Source: an uncultured Anaerolineales bacterium | GTDB taxonomy: Bacteria > Chloroflexota > Anaerolineae > B4-G1 | Assembly (NCBI GenBank): GCA_964390305.1 | Contig: CAYMHT010000002.1 | Coordinates: 27,212-91,211 of the forward strand | DNA: 64,000 bases | Direction of reading: 5' to 3' | In this document: positions 31,536 through 41,000 of the stretch, in pieces | Position numbering within the stretch: the first letter of the stretch is position 1 | Layout of the letters: the number at the start of each line of letters is the position of its first letter | Notes under the pieces: model-generated | What the model was told of the DNA's origin: nothing | What the model saw: only the letters and a program-made list of their open reading frames with translations | The model's database searches: none | Translations under genes and position numbers: made by a program

Positions 31536-33713
31536 TCAGCCATCGCGCGCCATGATCGGAAACAGCAGGCTCGAGCGGTGGGGAAGGAGCCCGATCGCTC
31601 GCAGATTAAGCGTAAGCGTGCCATCCCCGGGTCCCACCGCGACCGGCAGGTGCCGCGGCAGCCACCCTGGCGGGAAGAATGAGGGCCAGTCTGCCGGGGT
31701 GATCACCAGGACGTAGTCCCCCACGTCAACCACTTCCGTAAACGCCCACGACGAGCCGCTGCCTGTCACGACGTCCCGCCCACGCTCGTCCACGAAACGG
31801 AACGTGAGGCCACTCATCGTCGGCTCGTCCTTCTCGTCGCCCTGTATCCCGTTGCCGTCTTGGTCCCCAAACACAGAGGTCACCTCGATCTGCACAGTCC
31901 GCGTCTTCTGCGTCGGGCCAAGCGTCGTGCACGGCTCCTGATCCGCCCAGGGGCCCGGATTTCCCGCCCGATCCCAGGCACGCACTCGGAAGCAGTACGT
32001 CGCCCCCTCCTCTCCCGTGAAAGCGATCGGGGCGGACCGCAGACTACCCCATCTCTCCCAGGGCCCGCCGTCTTTCTGTAGCTCCACCTCGTAGCCCCAG
32101 ATCCCCGCCGCATCGTCGCTCGCGGTGCAGTGAATCGTCACAGTCGACGAGTCGCTCGTTGCAGGTAGAGGGTCAACGACCGCCTTCGACGGCGGTACAG
32201 TGTCCTCCTCAACGAGCAGGTACGGCTCCCCCCCGATCAAATAGTCCTCAGGATCACTCTGCAGGTTGGCGGTCGCGCCAGGCAGGCTGACCCGGTACAC
32301 ACCGTCCCTCGCCTCAACCATCTCTTGACCGCCGCGACGATCGATCACTCTCGCGCTCGGCAGCGTCGCCGGGTAATCAAAGACGTGCCCCGACGGCGTG
32401 GTGTTCCACAGGACGCTCACCTTCCCTCGCGGCGTCCCCCATAGCGTCACCCGGCGCGTGCCGTCGCCGTACGTCCAGTTTGTCACCATCGTCGGCCTCA
32501 CCAGGTACGTGGTCGCTACCTGGTAGGCCGCATACGCCGGCCGCACAGAACGGTCGTTCCGCACCAGCCCAAAATACTCCACCATATCGGCGTCGTGCGT
32601 GCGAAAGAAGAAGTACCGCTCGACGCCCGAGGCCCAGGCGTTCGCGTAAGACTGGATCGCGTAGGCGGCCGCCTCCTCCTGCGTCGCAGCGTAATCGTAC
32701 CTGTTCGGGTCAGGATCCACGGACCCGTCATCCCAGACCGGCACCCCCGTCTCCGTGAGCCACACGGGATGATCGGACACCCGACGCCTCATATCGCTGC
32801 GGATTTCGTTCACCACCTCGTACGTGTTAGACGAGCGGCTGTAGAGATGCACGGACATCACATCGAAGAAATAGTTGCTCGCTGCCGCCTCAGGATCGTC
32901 CCGCAGCACGTTCAACACCCACTTATAGTAGTCCTGGTTCGCCCAGTAGTGGAGGCCTCCGAAAAGCACCTGACAGTCGCTGCAGGCCGCTTTCGTCGCT
33001 CGGTAGCCTACCTTCAGCAACCGCGCGTAGTCGCTGGAGCTCCCGGTCCAGAAGTACGTCCATTCCGGTTCGTTCCACATCTCCCAGTGTTTGACCCGGT
33101 CGCCGTATCGCTCCACCACCTTATGTACGAAACGCCCCCAAGTGTTTATTGGGTCCCCATCCCCCGTGGTCCAGTCGTTCCACGCCTCGTAGAGCCCCCT
33201 CGGCGGCGACGAGGCCGCGCTCGCCACGCTCACCGCCCCCAGCGACTCCACACCCCCCGGCACCGGCGCGTACCACCCAGGCGGTCGCTCATACGTCTTG
33301 GGGGCAGCGAGCGCCGCGGTCCCCCCGGTCGCCGCCCAATCCGGCGTCCACAGCAGGATGCCCACCATATTGAAACCCGCACCGTCGAGATCGTCCACCA
33401 GCGTGTCGTACGCCTGGAGAGCTTCATTGCTCCAATTCCCCTCGCTCGGTTCCAATCTCGGCCACACGAAATCGAACCGGTCCCATCGCGACCCGGCCTC
33501 ATACGCAAGAGACATGTACAGACGCTCTGAACCCCCGTCGGGATAGAAGGAGTAGCACATGCCTCCACGGCCATCCGTGGCAGCTGACGGAGCCAGAGCT
33601 GACGGAGCCAGAGGAGTCATCTCGGTCAGCTCGGCAGCACTGGAATTGGAGACTGTCCCCGGCAAGATCAGGAGAGCAAGAATCGGCACTATGAGCAGCA
33701 GCGTGCGTTTCAT
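31536..33713 (-). CDS. secreted glycoside hydrolase (clan GH-A TIM barrel, GH5/GH39-like) with fibronectin type III and C-terminal beta-sandwich domains
   Basis: Signal peptide MKRTLLLIVPILALLILPG; catalytic-acid region WEMWNEPEW; Fn3-like segment (...YCFRVRAWDRAGNPGPW); start re-set to MKRT. Confidence 0.65.
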   Translation of the reverse strand: MKRTLLLIVPILALLILPGTVSNSSAAELTEMTPLAPSALAPSAATDGRGGMCYSFYPDGGSERLYMSLAYEAGSRWDRFDFVWPRLEPSEGNWSNEALQAYDTLVDDLDGAGFNMVGILLWTPDWAATGGTAALAAPKTYERPPGWYAPVPGGVESLGAVSVASAASSPPRGLYEAWNDWTTGDGDPINTWGRFVHKVVERYGDRVKHWEMWNEPEWTYFWTGSSSDYARLLKVGYRATKAACSDCQVLFGGLHYWANQDYYKWVLNVLRDDPEAAASNYFFDVMSVHLYSRSSNTYEVVNEIRSDMRRRVSDHPVWLTETGVPVWDDGSVDPDPNRYDYAATQEEAAAYAIQSYANAWASGVERYFFFRTHDADMVEYFGLVRNDRSVRPAYAAYQVATTYLVRPTMVTNWTYGDGTRRVTLWGTPRGKVSVLWNTTPSGHVFDYPATLPSARVIDRRGGQEMVEARDGVYRVSLPGATANLQSDPEDYLIGGEPYLLVEEDTVPPSKAVVDPLPATSDSSTVTIHCTASDDAAGIWGYEVELQKDGGPWERWGSLRSAPIAFTGEEGATYCFRVRAWDRAGNPGPWADQEPCTTLGPTQKTRTVQIEVTSVFGDQDGNGIQGDEKDEPTMSGLTFRFVDERGRDVVTGSGSSWAFTEVVDVGDYVLVITPADWPSFFPPGWLPRHLPVAVGPGDGTLTLNLRAIGLLPHRSSLLFPIMARDG

Positions 33714-33925
33714 CGCTGGTTCCTCGACTCGTCGACGAGACCGTGACACTGAACTGTATTCTATCATAAATCGCAGAAAACAACAGCCACGCAGGGGTGC
33801 ACGATCCCCTCAGCACTCGTGGTCAACACCCAGCTCCTTATCACCCCGGTCGTACTCGGGCACCCAGAAAAAAGAGGAGTGTGATGCCTCTGGCTTCTGA
33901 GGGGCACTGCCCAGTTGTAGTGTGG

Positions 33926-33953
33926 TTGACACCGTGGTGGTGTTGGCTACAAT
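33926..33953 (+). promoter_or_regulatory. sigma70-type promoter (TTGACA-16-TACAAT) for DUF2085 membrane-protein gene cluster
   Basis: TTGACA 33926-33931, TACAAT 33948-33953. Confidence 0.45.
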
Positions 33954-33989
33954 GTGTGAGGAGGTCAGGAGAAGTTGCTTCTATTTACT

Positions 33990-34856
33990 ATGCGAAACAG
34001 AGCTCTCGACCCGGAATCCACGCATCCCGCCCGGACCGGCGCATCAGCTGATCAGCGTCGCCTCGCCCCGTCTCTGCCCTGGCTCGCACCGCTCCTGTTG
34101 TCCGCAGCCGTCGTCACCTTCTTCATCGCTACGCCGGGCGGGCTGCTCAAGAAGGCAGACATGGTCGGCTACGCCGTTTGCCACCAGATCGAGCCCCACT
34201 CCTTCACTCTGGCCGGCCGGCAGCTCCCCCTCTGTGCCCGCTGCACCGGGACGTTCCTCGGCGCCCTGGTCGGTCTCTTCGGCCAGGCCTTCGCTCTGCG
34301 CCGTCGCCGGGCCGCCGAGTTCCCACCTCCGCCCGTCCTCGCCATCTTGATCTGCTTCACGGTCGCCTGGGTCGCCGATGGAGCAAACTCCTATCTGGCC
34401 CTGCTCGGCGTCCCTCATCTCTACGAGCCGACGAACGCCGTCCGCCTCATAACCGGTGCTTTCAACGGCCTGACCATGAGTGCCCTCATCTACCCCATCC
34501 TCAACGTCAGCCTCTGGCAGTCCCACGTTGCGAAGCCAGCGCTGCGGGACCTGCGTGACCTTGGTCTCCTTTCGGCGATGGAGATCACCCTCGTCCTCCT
34601 CGTCCTCTCTCGTTGGGTTCTCCTCCTCTACCCCGTCGCCTTGCTCAGTGCCGCCGCCGTGCTCACGTTGCTAACCGGCGTCAACACCGTCATTGCCGTG
34701 ATCGTGCTCCGCCGCGAGAACTCGGCGCAGACCTGGCGCCAGGCCCTCCTGCCGGTCTCCATCGGGCTGACCCTGAGCCTGATTCAGATCGCCGCCATCG
34801 ACTTGCTCCGCTACGCGCTGACGGGCACCCTAGATGGCATCCCCACGTTCCGGTAG
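33990..34856 (+). CDS. DUF2085 family membrane protein
   Basis: Motif AVCHQIEPHSFTLAGRQLPLCARCTGTFLG typical of DUF2085; multi-TM. Confidence 0.6.
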   Translation: MRNRALDPESTHPARTGASADQRRLAPSLPWLAPLLLSAAVVTFFIATPGGLLKKADMVGYAVCHQIEPHSFTLAGRQLPLCARCTGTFLGALVGLFGQAFALRRRRAAEFPPPPVLAILICFTVAWVADGANSYLALLGVPHLYEPTNAVRLITGAFNGLTMSALIYPILNVSLWQSHVAKPALRDLRDLGLLSAMEITLVLLVLSRWVLLLYPVALLSAAAVLTLLTGVNTVIAVIVLRRENSAQTWRQALLPVSIGLTLSLIQIAAIDLLRYALTGTLDGIPTFR

Positions 34857-34929
34857 GTTGCATGGGAGCCTCTTAGAGGATATAATGGACACCCAGGGTA
34901 ACCGGCACATCCAGCGGGGAGGAGACGCA

Positions 34930-35655
34930 ATGAACGTCAACAAAGCCATCACATTCGTCTTCGAAGACAATGAGTGGGTCAGCAAAGTCCTGCTGGGCAC
35001 GATGATCTCTCTGATCCCTCTCTTCGGCAGCATCGCACTCACCGGGTACGCCATTGCTGTCCTCCGAAACGTCAGACACGGTGCGCCGCGCCCCCTGCCA
35101 ACCTGGGAGCGCCTGGGCGAGCTGTTCGTCGACGGGTTGTTGTTCTGGGTCGCCCTCCTGGTCTACGCCATCCCGCTGATCATTCTCTTGTGCCCCGTTG
35201 GCACGGTCTGGATCCCACCCGCCATCGCGCGGGACAGCCAGGACCTCACCGCCATCCTGACCGTCGTAGCAGCCGTCATAAGCGCCGGTGTTGGTTGCTT
35301 GGCTCTCCTCTACGCCCTTCTGCTCTGGGTGTTGTCGCCCGTGCTGCAGATCAGGTACGCTGAAGCCGAAAAGTTCGCAGCCTGCCTCCGTTTCGGCGAC
35401 GTCTTTCGTTTCCTGTCTGACAATATCGGAAAAGTCGTCATCGCACAGGCTCTCGTCTGGGCGGTCGGCTTCCTGATCACGTCTCTCGCGAGCGCCCTCA
35501 TCGGTGCCTTCACCCTGGTGCCCCTCTGCGGGTGGGTGGTTGCTGGCCTGCTCGGCCTGGGCTTTCTGCCCCTCGGCATCTGGCTGATGCTCTTCGCCGC
35601 CTACCTGTACGGTGATATCGCCCGCACAGCTACAGCCGACACCCGCACGGCCTAG
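34930..35655 (+). CDS. DUF4013-like polytopic membrane protein
   Basis: GGGAGGAG RBS before ATG 34930; 6 TM helices; N-terminal KAITFVFEDNEWVSKVLLGTMISLIPLFG pattern. Confidence 0.55.
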   Translation: MNVNKAITFVFEDNEWVSKVLLGTMISLIPLFGSIALTGYAIAVLRNVRHGAPRPLPTWERLGELFVDGLLFWVALLVYAIPLIILLCPVGTVWIPPAIARDSQDLTAILTVVAAVISAGVGCLALLYALLLWVLSPVLQIRYAEAEKFAACLRFGDVFRFLSDNIGKVVIAQALVWAVGFLITSLASALIGAFTLVPLCGWVVAGLLGLGFLPLGIWLMLFAAYLYGDIARTATADTRTA

Positions 35656-35662
35656 CCTTCTA

Positions 35663-36229
35663 ATGACCGCACGAGCTTTCCTGACCCTGGCCACCGCCTT
35701 CGGGCTTTCCACGGCCGCGGGGCTCAACGCCTATATCCCCCTCTTCCTCGTCGCCCTCCTGTCCAGAACTACCTCTCTTGTCACCCTAAGCGAGCCCTAC
35801 ACGGCCCTGAGTAGCTGGTGGGTCATCGGCACCCTGGGCGTGCTGATGTTGATCGAGATTCTGGTAGACAAGATACCCGCCCTAGATACGATCAACGACA
35901 TCGTCCAGACGTTCATTCGGCCGGCGGCCGGGGCCATCCTCTTCGCCGCCTCCACCAACGTGATCGGCCTCCACCCGGCCCTCGCGGGCGTCTGCGGCGT
36001 CATCGTCGCTGGCGGCGTACACGTCGCCAAGACAGTCGAGCGCCCCGTCGTCACCGCTACCACCGCCGGGCTCGGCGATCCCGTCGTCAGTACCGTCGAA
36101 GACGCAGTCTCCTTCGTCACCTCCGTCATGGCCATCGTCGCCCCCTACCTGATCATAGCTCTGGTCGTCACCGCCGTCTCCCTGGTCATCTGGTGGGCTG
36201 AACGGCGTCGCCGCCGTCGAGACCGCTAG
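35663..36229 (+). CDS. DUF4126 family membrane protein
   Basis: AAGLNAYIPLFLVALL signature; start ATG 35663 just after upstream stop. Confidence 0.6.
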   Translation: MTARAFLTLATAFGLSTAAGLNAYIPLFLVALLSRTTSLVTLSEPYTALSSWWVIGTLGVLMLIEILVDKIPALDTINDIVQTFIRPAAGAILFAASTNVIGLHPALAGVCGVIVAGGVHVAKTVERPVVTATTAGLGDPVVSTVEDAVSFVTSVMAIVAPYLIIALVVTAVSLVIWWAERRRRRRDR

Positions 36230-36257
36230 ACGGTCCATTCCGGAAAGGAGCCAACTC

Positions 36258-36590
36258 ATGGATCAGCAATCGTACCCTCACCACCCGAGCGCTGAGCAGG
36301 AGACCAGCGTCCTCGCCATCGTCAGCCTGGTCGCCAGCATCTTGGGGCTCACCGCCGTCCCGACGGTGGGCAGCGTCATCGGCCTCGTCCTCGGCTACGT
36401 CGCCCGCGCCGAGATCCGCCGTTCCGACGCCCTCACCGGAGACGGCTTTGCCACCGCCGGGATCGTCCTCGGTTGGATCGGCGTCGCCCTGGGTCTCCTC
36501 GCCATGGCGCTCGTGCTGCTGGTCATCGTGTTCGGTTTCGTTGCCCTCCCTGGCATCAGCGCCTGCGCCATCCTCGGCCGCGGCTTCTAG
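36258..36590 (+). CDS. DUF4190 family small membrane protein
   Basis: AAAGGAG RBS; two TM helices with Gly-rich pattern typical of DUF4190. Confidence 0.6.
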   Translation: MDQQSYPHHPSAEQETSVLAIVSLVASILGLTAVPTVGSVIGLVLGYVARAEIRRSDALTGDGFATAGIVLGWIGVALGLLAMALVLLVIVFGFVALPGISACAILGRGF

Positions 36591-36658
36591 GAAGTCTTCT
36601 AGGACCTCACATTCTAACCGTGCGTCACGGTCAAACGGCCCAAGGGAGTCGGAACGCA

Positions 36659-37987
36659 GTGCACACCGGTAAGGTGATCATCTCGGCCGTCGGGTTGGTG
36701 AGCACTGCATTTCTCATCCTCTCTACGCTGGGCCCAGCTCAAGCCTCTGTGCCACAGGCCGATGAGGATCTCAAACCACGTGCCTACCTGCCCTTCCTCG
36801 CCCGGTCCTACGTCCAGGCGAGATACCCCGGAGACCCTCACTATGCGCACCAGTGGGCGCTGCCGAAGATAAACGCCCCCCACGCGTGGGGTCTTTCGAC
36901 TGGCGACGACGTCGTCATCGCCATCTTGGATACCGGCGTCGACCTCGATCACCCAGACCTTAGCAGCAAGGTGCTCACGCATTTGGACAAGAACTTCCTG
37001 AACGGCAACCCAAGCGCGGAAGACGATCACGGTCACGGCACCCACGTCGCGGGCACCGCCGCAGCCACCACGGACAACGCCATCGGCATCGCCGGGATGG
37101 GATGGCACGCAGCCATCTTACCGCTGAAGGTGCTTGACGCTTCGGGGAACGGAACAGCCGAAGACATCGCCGAGGCGATTCGCTATGCCACGGATCATGG
37201 CGCCGGCGTGATCAACATGAGCCTGGCAGGGACGACGGACCCGTGCTGCCATTGCCCTTCCGTCATCCAGCAGGCGGTAGACTACGCGTATGCCAAAGGC
37301 ACGCTGCTGACAGCCGCAGCGGGAAACGACCTCGGAGCCACCGAGATGTTTCCCGCGAACTGTGAGCATGTGTTGGGCGTTGCGGCTACCGACGCCAACG
37401 ACGCAATCGCCTCCTACTCCAACTACGGCACCCACGTCAGCGTCGCGGCACCTGGCTCGGGGATCTATAGCACGATCATAGGTGGATCCTACTACCACCT
37501 GAGCGGCACCTCAATGGCCACGCCCCACATCTCCGGCCTCGCCGCCCTCCTCCTCGCCCGCTACCCGGCCTACTCCCCCGACCAGGTCGCCTCGGCCATC
37601 CTCGACAACGCGCTCGATCTCGGACCCACCGGCTGGGACGCGGACTCCGGCTGCGGGCGCATCGACGCCTTTCAGGCTCTCTCCAACGGGGCACTGGCCA
37701 CCGCGCCGCTCTGCCTCCAGGGGATAACGACCTCCACTAAGGCACACCAGCACACCGCTCCCGATGCCGCCTTCGCACCGGGGGAGATCATCGTCGAGTT
37801 CGACATCGACAGCGCCGCAGAGTCACTCTGGCCCCGCTACACGAAAGACGCCGAGTTCCTCCCCTCTCTCCGCGTCTGGCGCCTCCGGGTCCCCATCGGT
37901 CAGGAACTCGTCATCCTGCCCCGCCTGAATGCCGATCCCGACGTCCTCCACGCCGATCTCAACTACCTGGTCGTCGCCCAGGACTGA
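36659..37987 (+). CDS. secreted subtilisin-like serine peptidase (S8)
   Basis: GTG start after AAGGGAG; signal peptide; catalytic triad motifs ILDTGVD, HGHGTHVAGT, GTSMATPHISG. Confidence 0.85.
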   Translation: MHTGKVIISAVGLVSTAFLILSTLGPAQASVPQADEDLKPRAYLPFLARSYVQARYPGDPHYAHQWALPKINAPHAWGLSTGDDVVIAILDTGVDLDHPDLSSKVLTHLDKNFLNGNPSAEDDHGHGTHVAGTAAATTDNAIGIAGMGWHAAILPLKVLDASGNGTAEDIAEAIRYATDHGAGVINMSLAGTTDPCCHCPSVIQQAVDYAYAKGTLLTAAAGNDLGATEMFPANCEHVLGVAATDANDAIASYSNYGTHVSVAAPGSGIYSTIIGGSYYHLSGTSMATPHISGLAALLLARYPAYSPDQVASAILDNALDLGPTGWDADSGCGRIDAFQALSNGALATAPLCLQGITTSTKAHQHTAPDAAFAPGEIIVEFDIDSAAESLWPRYTKDAEFLPSLRVWRLRVPIGQELVILPRLNADPDVLHADLNYLVVAQD

Positions 37988-38009
37988 TGGTCTCCCTTCC
38001 TCCTTCCCT

Positions 38010-41000
38010 CTATCGACCCCGCTGCATCGCAACCGGGAGGAAGACGGGCCACGGCCACACCTCCAGCCAGGTCGGTCTCTCCCACCTGCCCCCGCCCCCG
38101 TCGTCGAGGAACGCGATTCCATACACCGTCCGTCTCACCGGTTCGCCCGGCAGCAGGAGCGAAAACGTCAACACCGCCTCGCCTCCAGCTGGCAGCGGCC
38201 CCGTCCAATAGATCCCGTCCTCCCTCGCCTCCCAGGCCCCACCTCCGCTCACCGACACCGACTCGGGCGCCGGCATCCGCCCATCCGGCGGCCACACCAG
38301 CGCGCTTGCCGCATCCGCATCCGCAACCCCGGCGTTGATCAGGCGCAACGTGCACGTCACCTCACCGCCCGGCCGCACCACCCCCGGCGCGCAGCCGAAG
38401 CTCGACGCCGACAGGTCAGGGCGGTCGACGCGCACCTCTGCCCTCCGGCTGAACCCGATTGTGTGCTCCTCCAGCGACACCCGGGCCGTGTTGACCACGA
38501 CCTCACCCGGCGCCGTCCCGCCCACCACGCTCGCCCGGTAGCCCAGAACCACGACCCCGCCAGGATCCACAAGCCCGCGCCACCACAACCGCCTCTCCGT
38601 CGGATCGTAACGGCCCGGCCCGACGACGCTCCCGCGCTCCAGGCTAAGCTCGGCGGGCAGCGTGTTCGACACCGACGCCGTCACGGGCTCCCAACCGTCG
38701 TTCCGCACGCTGATGGTGTACGAAACCACGTCGCCTGCGGCCACGCTCCCCCGGTCCGCCTCGAAGGTCGTTCCCCCCACCCACGATAGCCAGCCCACGA
38801 CCCGCTCCATGACCTCCGCCTGCACACTTCCCGGTGACGCCTCGAAGGGGAACGCGAAAAACACCGTCGACCCCCCGCCCTGTTGCCGAGTCAGCGCCAC
38901 CCCTCGTAAGTCCTGATCCCGGAGCGCCACCCCTGTGCCCGCTGTTGGCACCAGGCTGTCTGACCAGTTCCGATAGCCAGTCGGAAACTCGAGGGACCAG
39001 GGCCCGAGTCCATCGCCGACCAGGTTCTCTGGGACACCCGTGACCCCCGTCGGCGTGACATCCTCGGTGTGACTCAGAACACCCAGGTGCTCACGGCTGA
39101 ACGCATCGTCACCATGGTAGGTGAGGAAGTCCTGCGAGGAGAGGAACAGACGTCCACCCCCATCCACATACGCCCCCAGCCACCTCATTTCGTCGGTCGT
39201 GACTGGCGCGTACCAATCATAGCCCGTCCACCACACGACCACCGGATACATCCCCAGGGTCTCCACAGATGGGCCCGCACCGTGTCCCCCTCCCTCCGGC
39301 GGAGAGTTCTCCCAGAGATCGTAGGCCAACCCCGCATCGTCCATCGCCCCCGTGTACGTGGCCTGTTGATCGTACCACCGATCGTCGTCCACCAGGAGGA
39401 TCGGGGCCGGGGCTTTCGACTCCAGCCTGGCGCTCACGCTCAGACTCGTCGACAGCGATGACTGTGCCGTCAGGGTCACCACATCGCGGCTATCCCAGGT
39501 CGCCGTCACCGGCACCCTGACAGTCACCGTCACGCTGGCGGACGCGCACGGAGACAGCGTCAGCGACGGCGCGCTGAGCTCCGTCGGCCAGGACGCGGCC
39601 GTCACCGTCAGGTCAATCTCGTCGTCGCCACCGCCCTGCCCGATGTGACTCACCCGCACGGCGTGCGTGATGAGGGACCCGGGCACCCCGATCCCCAGCT
39701 GAGACGTCGGCGCCAGCCTCAAGCCCGCCGTCGGAGCCGGGGCCTCGAGCCACTCGATCGCGCTCTCCATCACCTGCCGTCGTCTCACCCGGTCGTTGAT
39801 CGCCTCAAACCCAAAGGCGAAGTAGAGCACCCGATAATCGACGCACGTTCCCACCCGCACGCCGCCACAGCCGTCATCGCGATACACCATCACCGGCCCC
39901 GCCGCCTCCGGGTCCGCCAGCGACACCACATCAGGGTAGTCCTGGTTGTCGGCTCCCCCGGTCCCCGCGATCGTGACCGTCGTTCCCGCGAAGATGTCGC
40001 CCGCCACCCCGTCGAGAACCCGCGTCGGCGCGTCGTCACCCACGAACTGCGCCTTCAGGTAGTCTCTGTAGTATGGGCTCCAGGACACCCCCGATCCCCC
40101 CCCGTCCCAGAACCCGACGTCCTGACCGCTCAGCAGCAACCGACCGCCGGCCTCCAGGTACCCCGTGATGATCTCTCCGGCGCCAATGTAGCCCGGCGCG
40201 TCTCGCGGGGCGCTCCACACCACGATGTCATAACCCCCCAGGTCAGACACCGCCGGGATATCCTCAGGAAGCCGTCGGATCGACCATTCGTGGTAGGCAT
40301 ACGCGCCGTCGTCCAGCGCCTGACGGTAGTACCGCATCTGGCTCTCATAATACCAGCTCCCGCTGTCCACCACCAACACCGCCGGCGCTTCTGGCAGACG
40401 GAGCACCACACTGCTGGTCTCTCCCACCGACACGACGGCCGTCGCCGTGACCACCCGGTAGCCCAGACGCCTCGCCCGCACCGGGTACGTCCCGCTCGGA
40501 AGCTCGAAACTGCAGGTATGAGTCGTCACTTCGTAAGGCGTATCCAGCACCGCCACTGTCGCCGTCACCGGCTCGCCACTCGACGCATCCACCACCTGGA
40601 CATTCAGGCTCCCCGTGAGCTGGGCCACCAGCGTCACGTCCTCCGACGTCACCGCGTCCCTGACAACACGCACACCGCCAACGCTCGCCGGCTCGTAGCC
40701 AAAGGCCGACACACTGAGCTCGTAAACGCCCGACGACAGGGCCAGCAAGTACCTGCCGTCCGCGTCGGTCTCTGTCTCGGCCGACGCGTCCCCTCCCCGG
40801 GACATCGCCCGTACCCTGGCACCGGCTATAGGCAGGTCAGTTGCTCCATCCTTCACCGTTCCGGCGATGAACCCGGGGCGCGCCAGAGCCGTGACAGCTG
40901 CGAACGCGTCCACTCGCCCCCACCCGGTGTCGTTGTTCGGCACCTCCTCTCCCAGAGCCAGAGCCGTGCTCGTGATGACCGCCGTAGCCCGGGTGATACT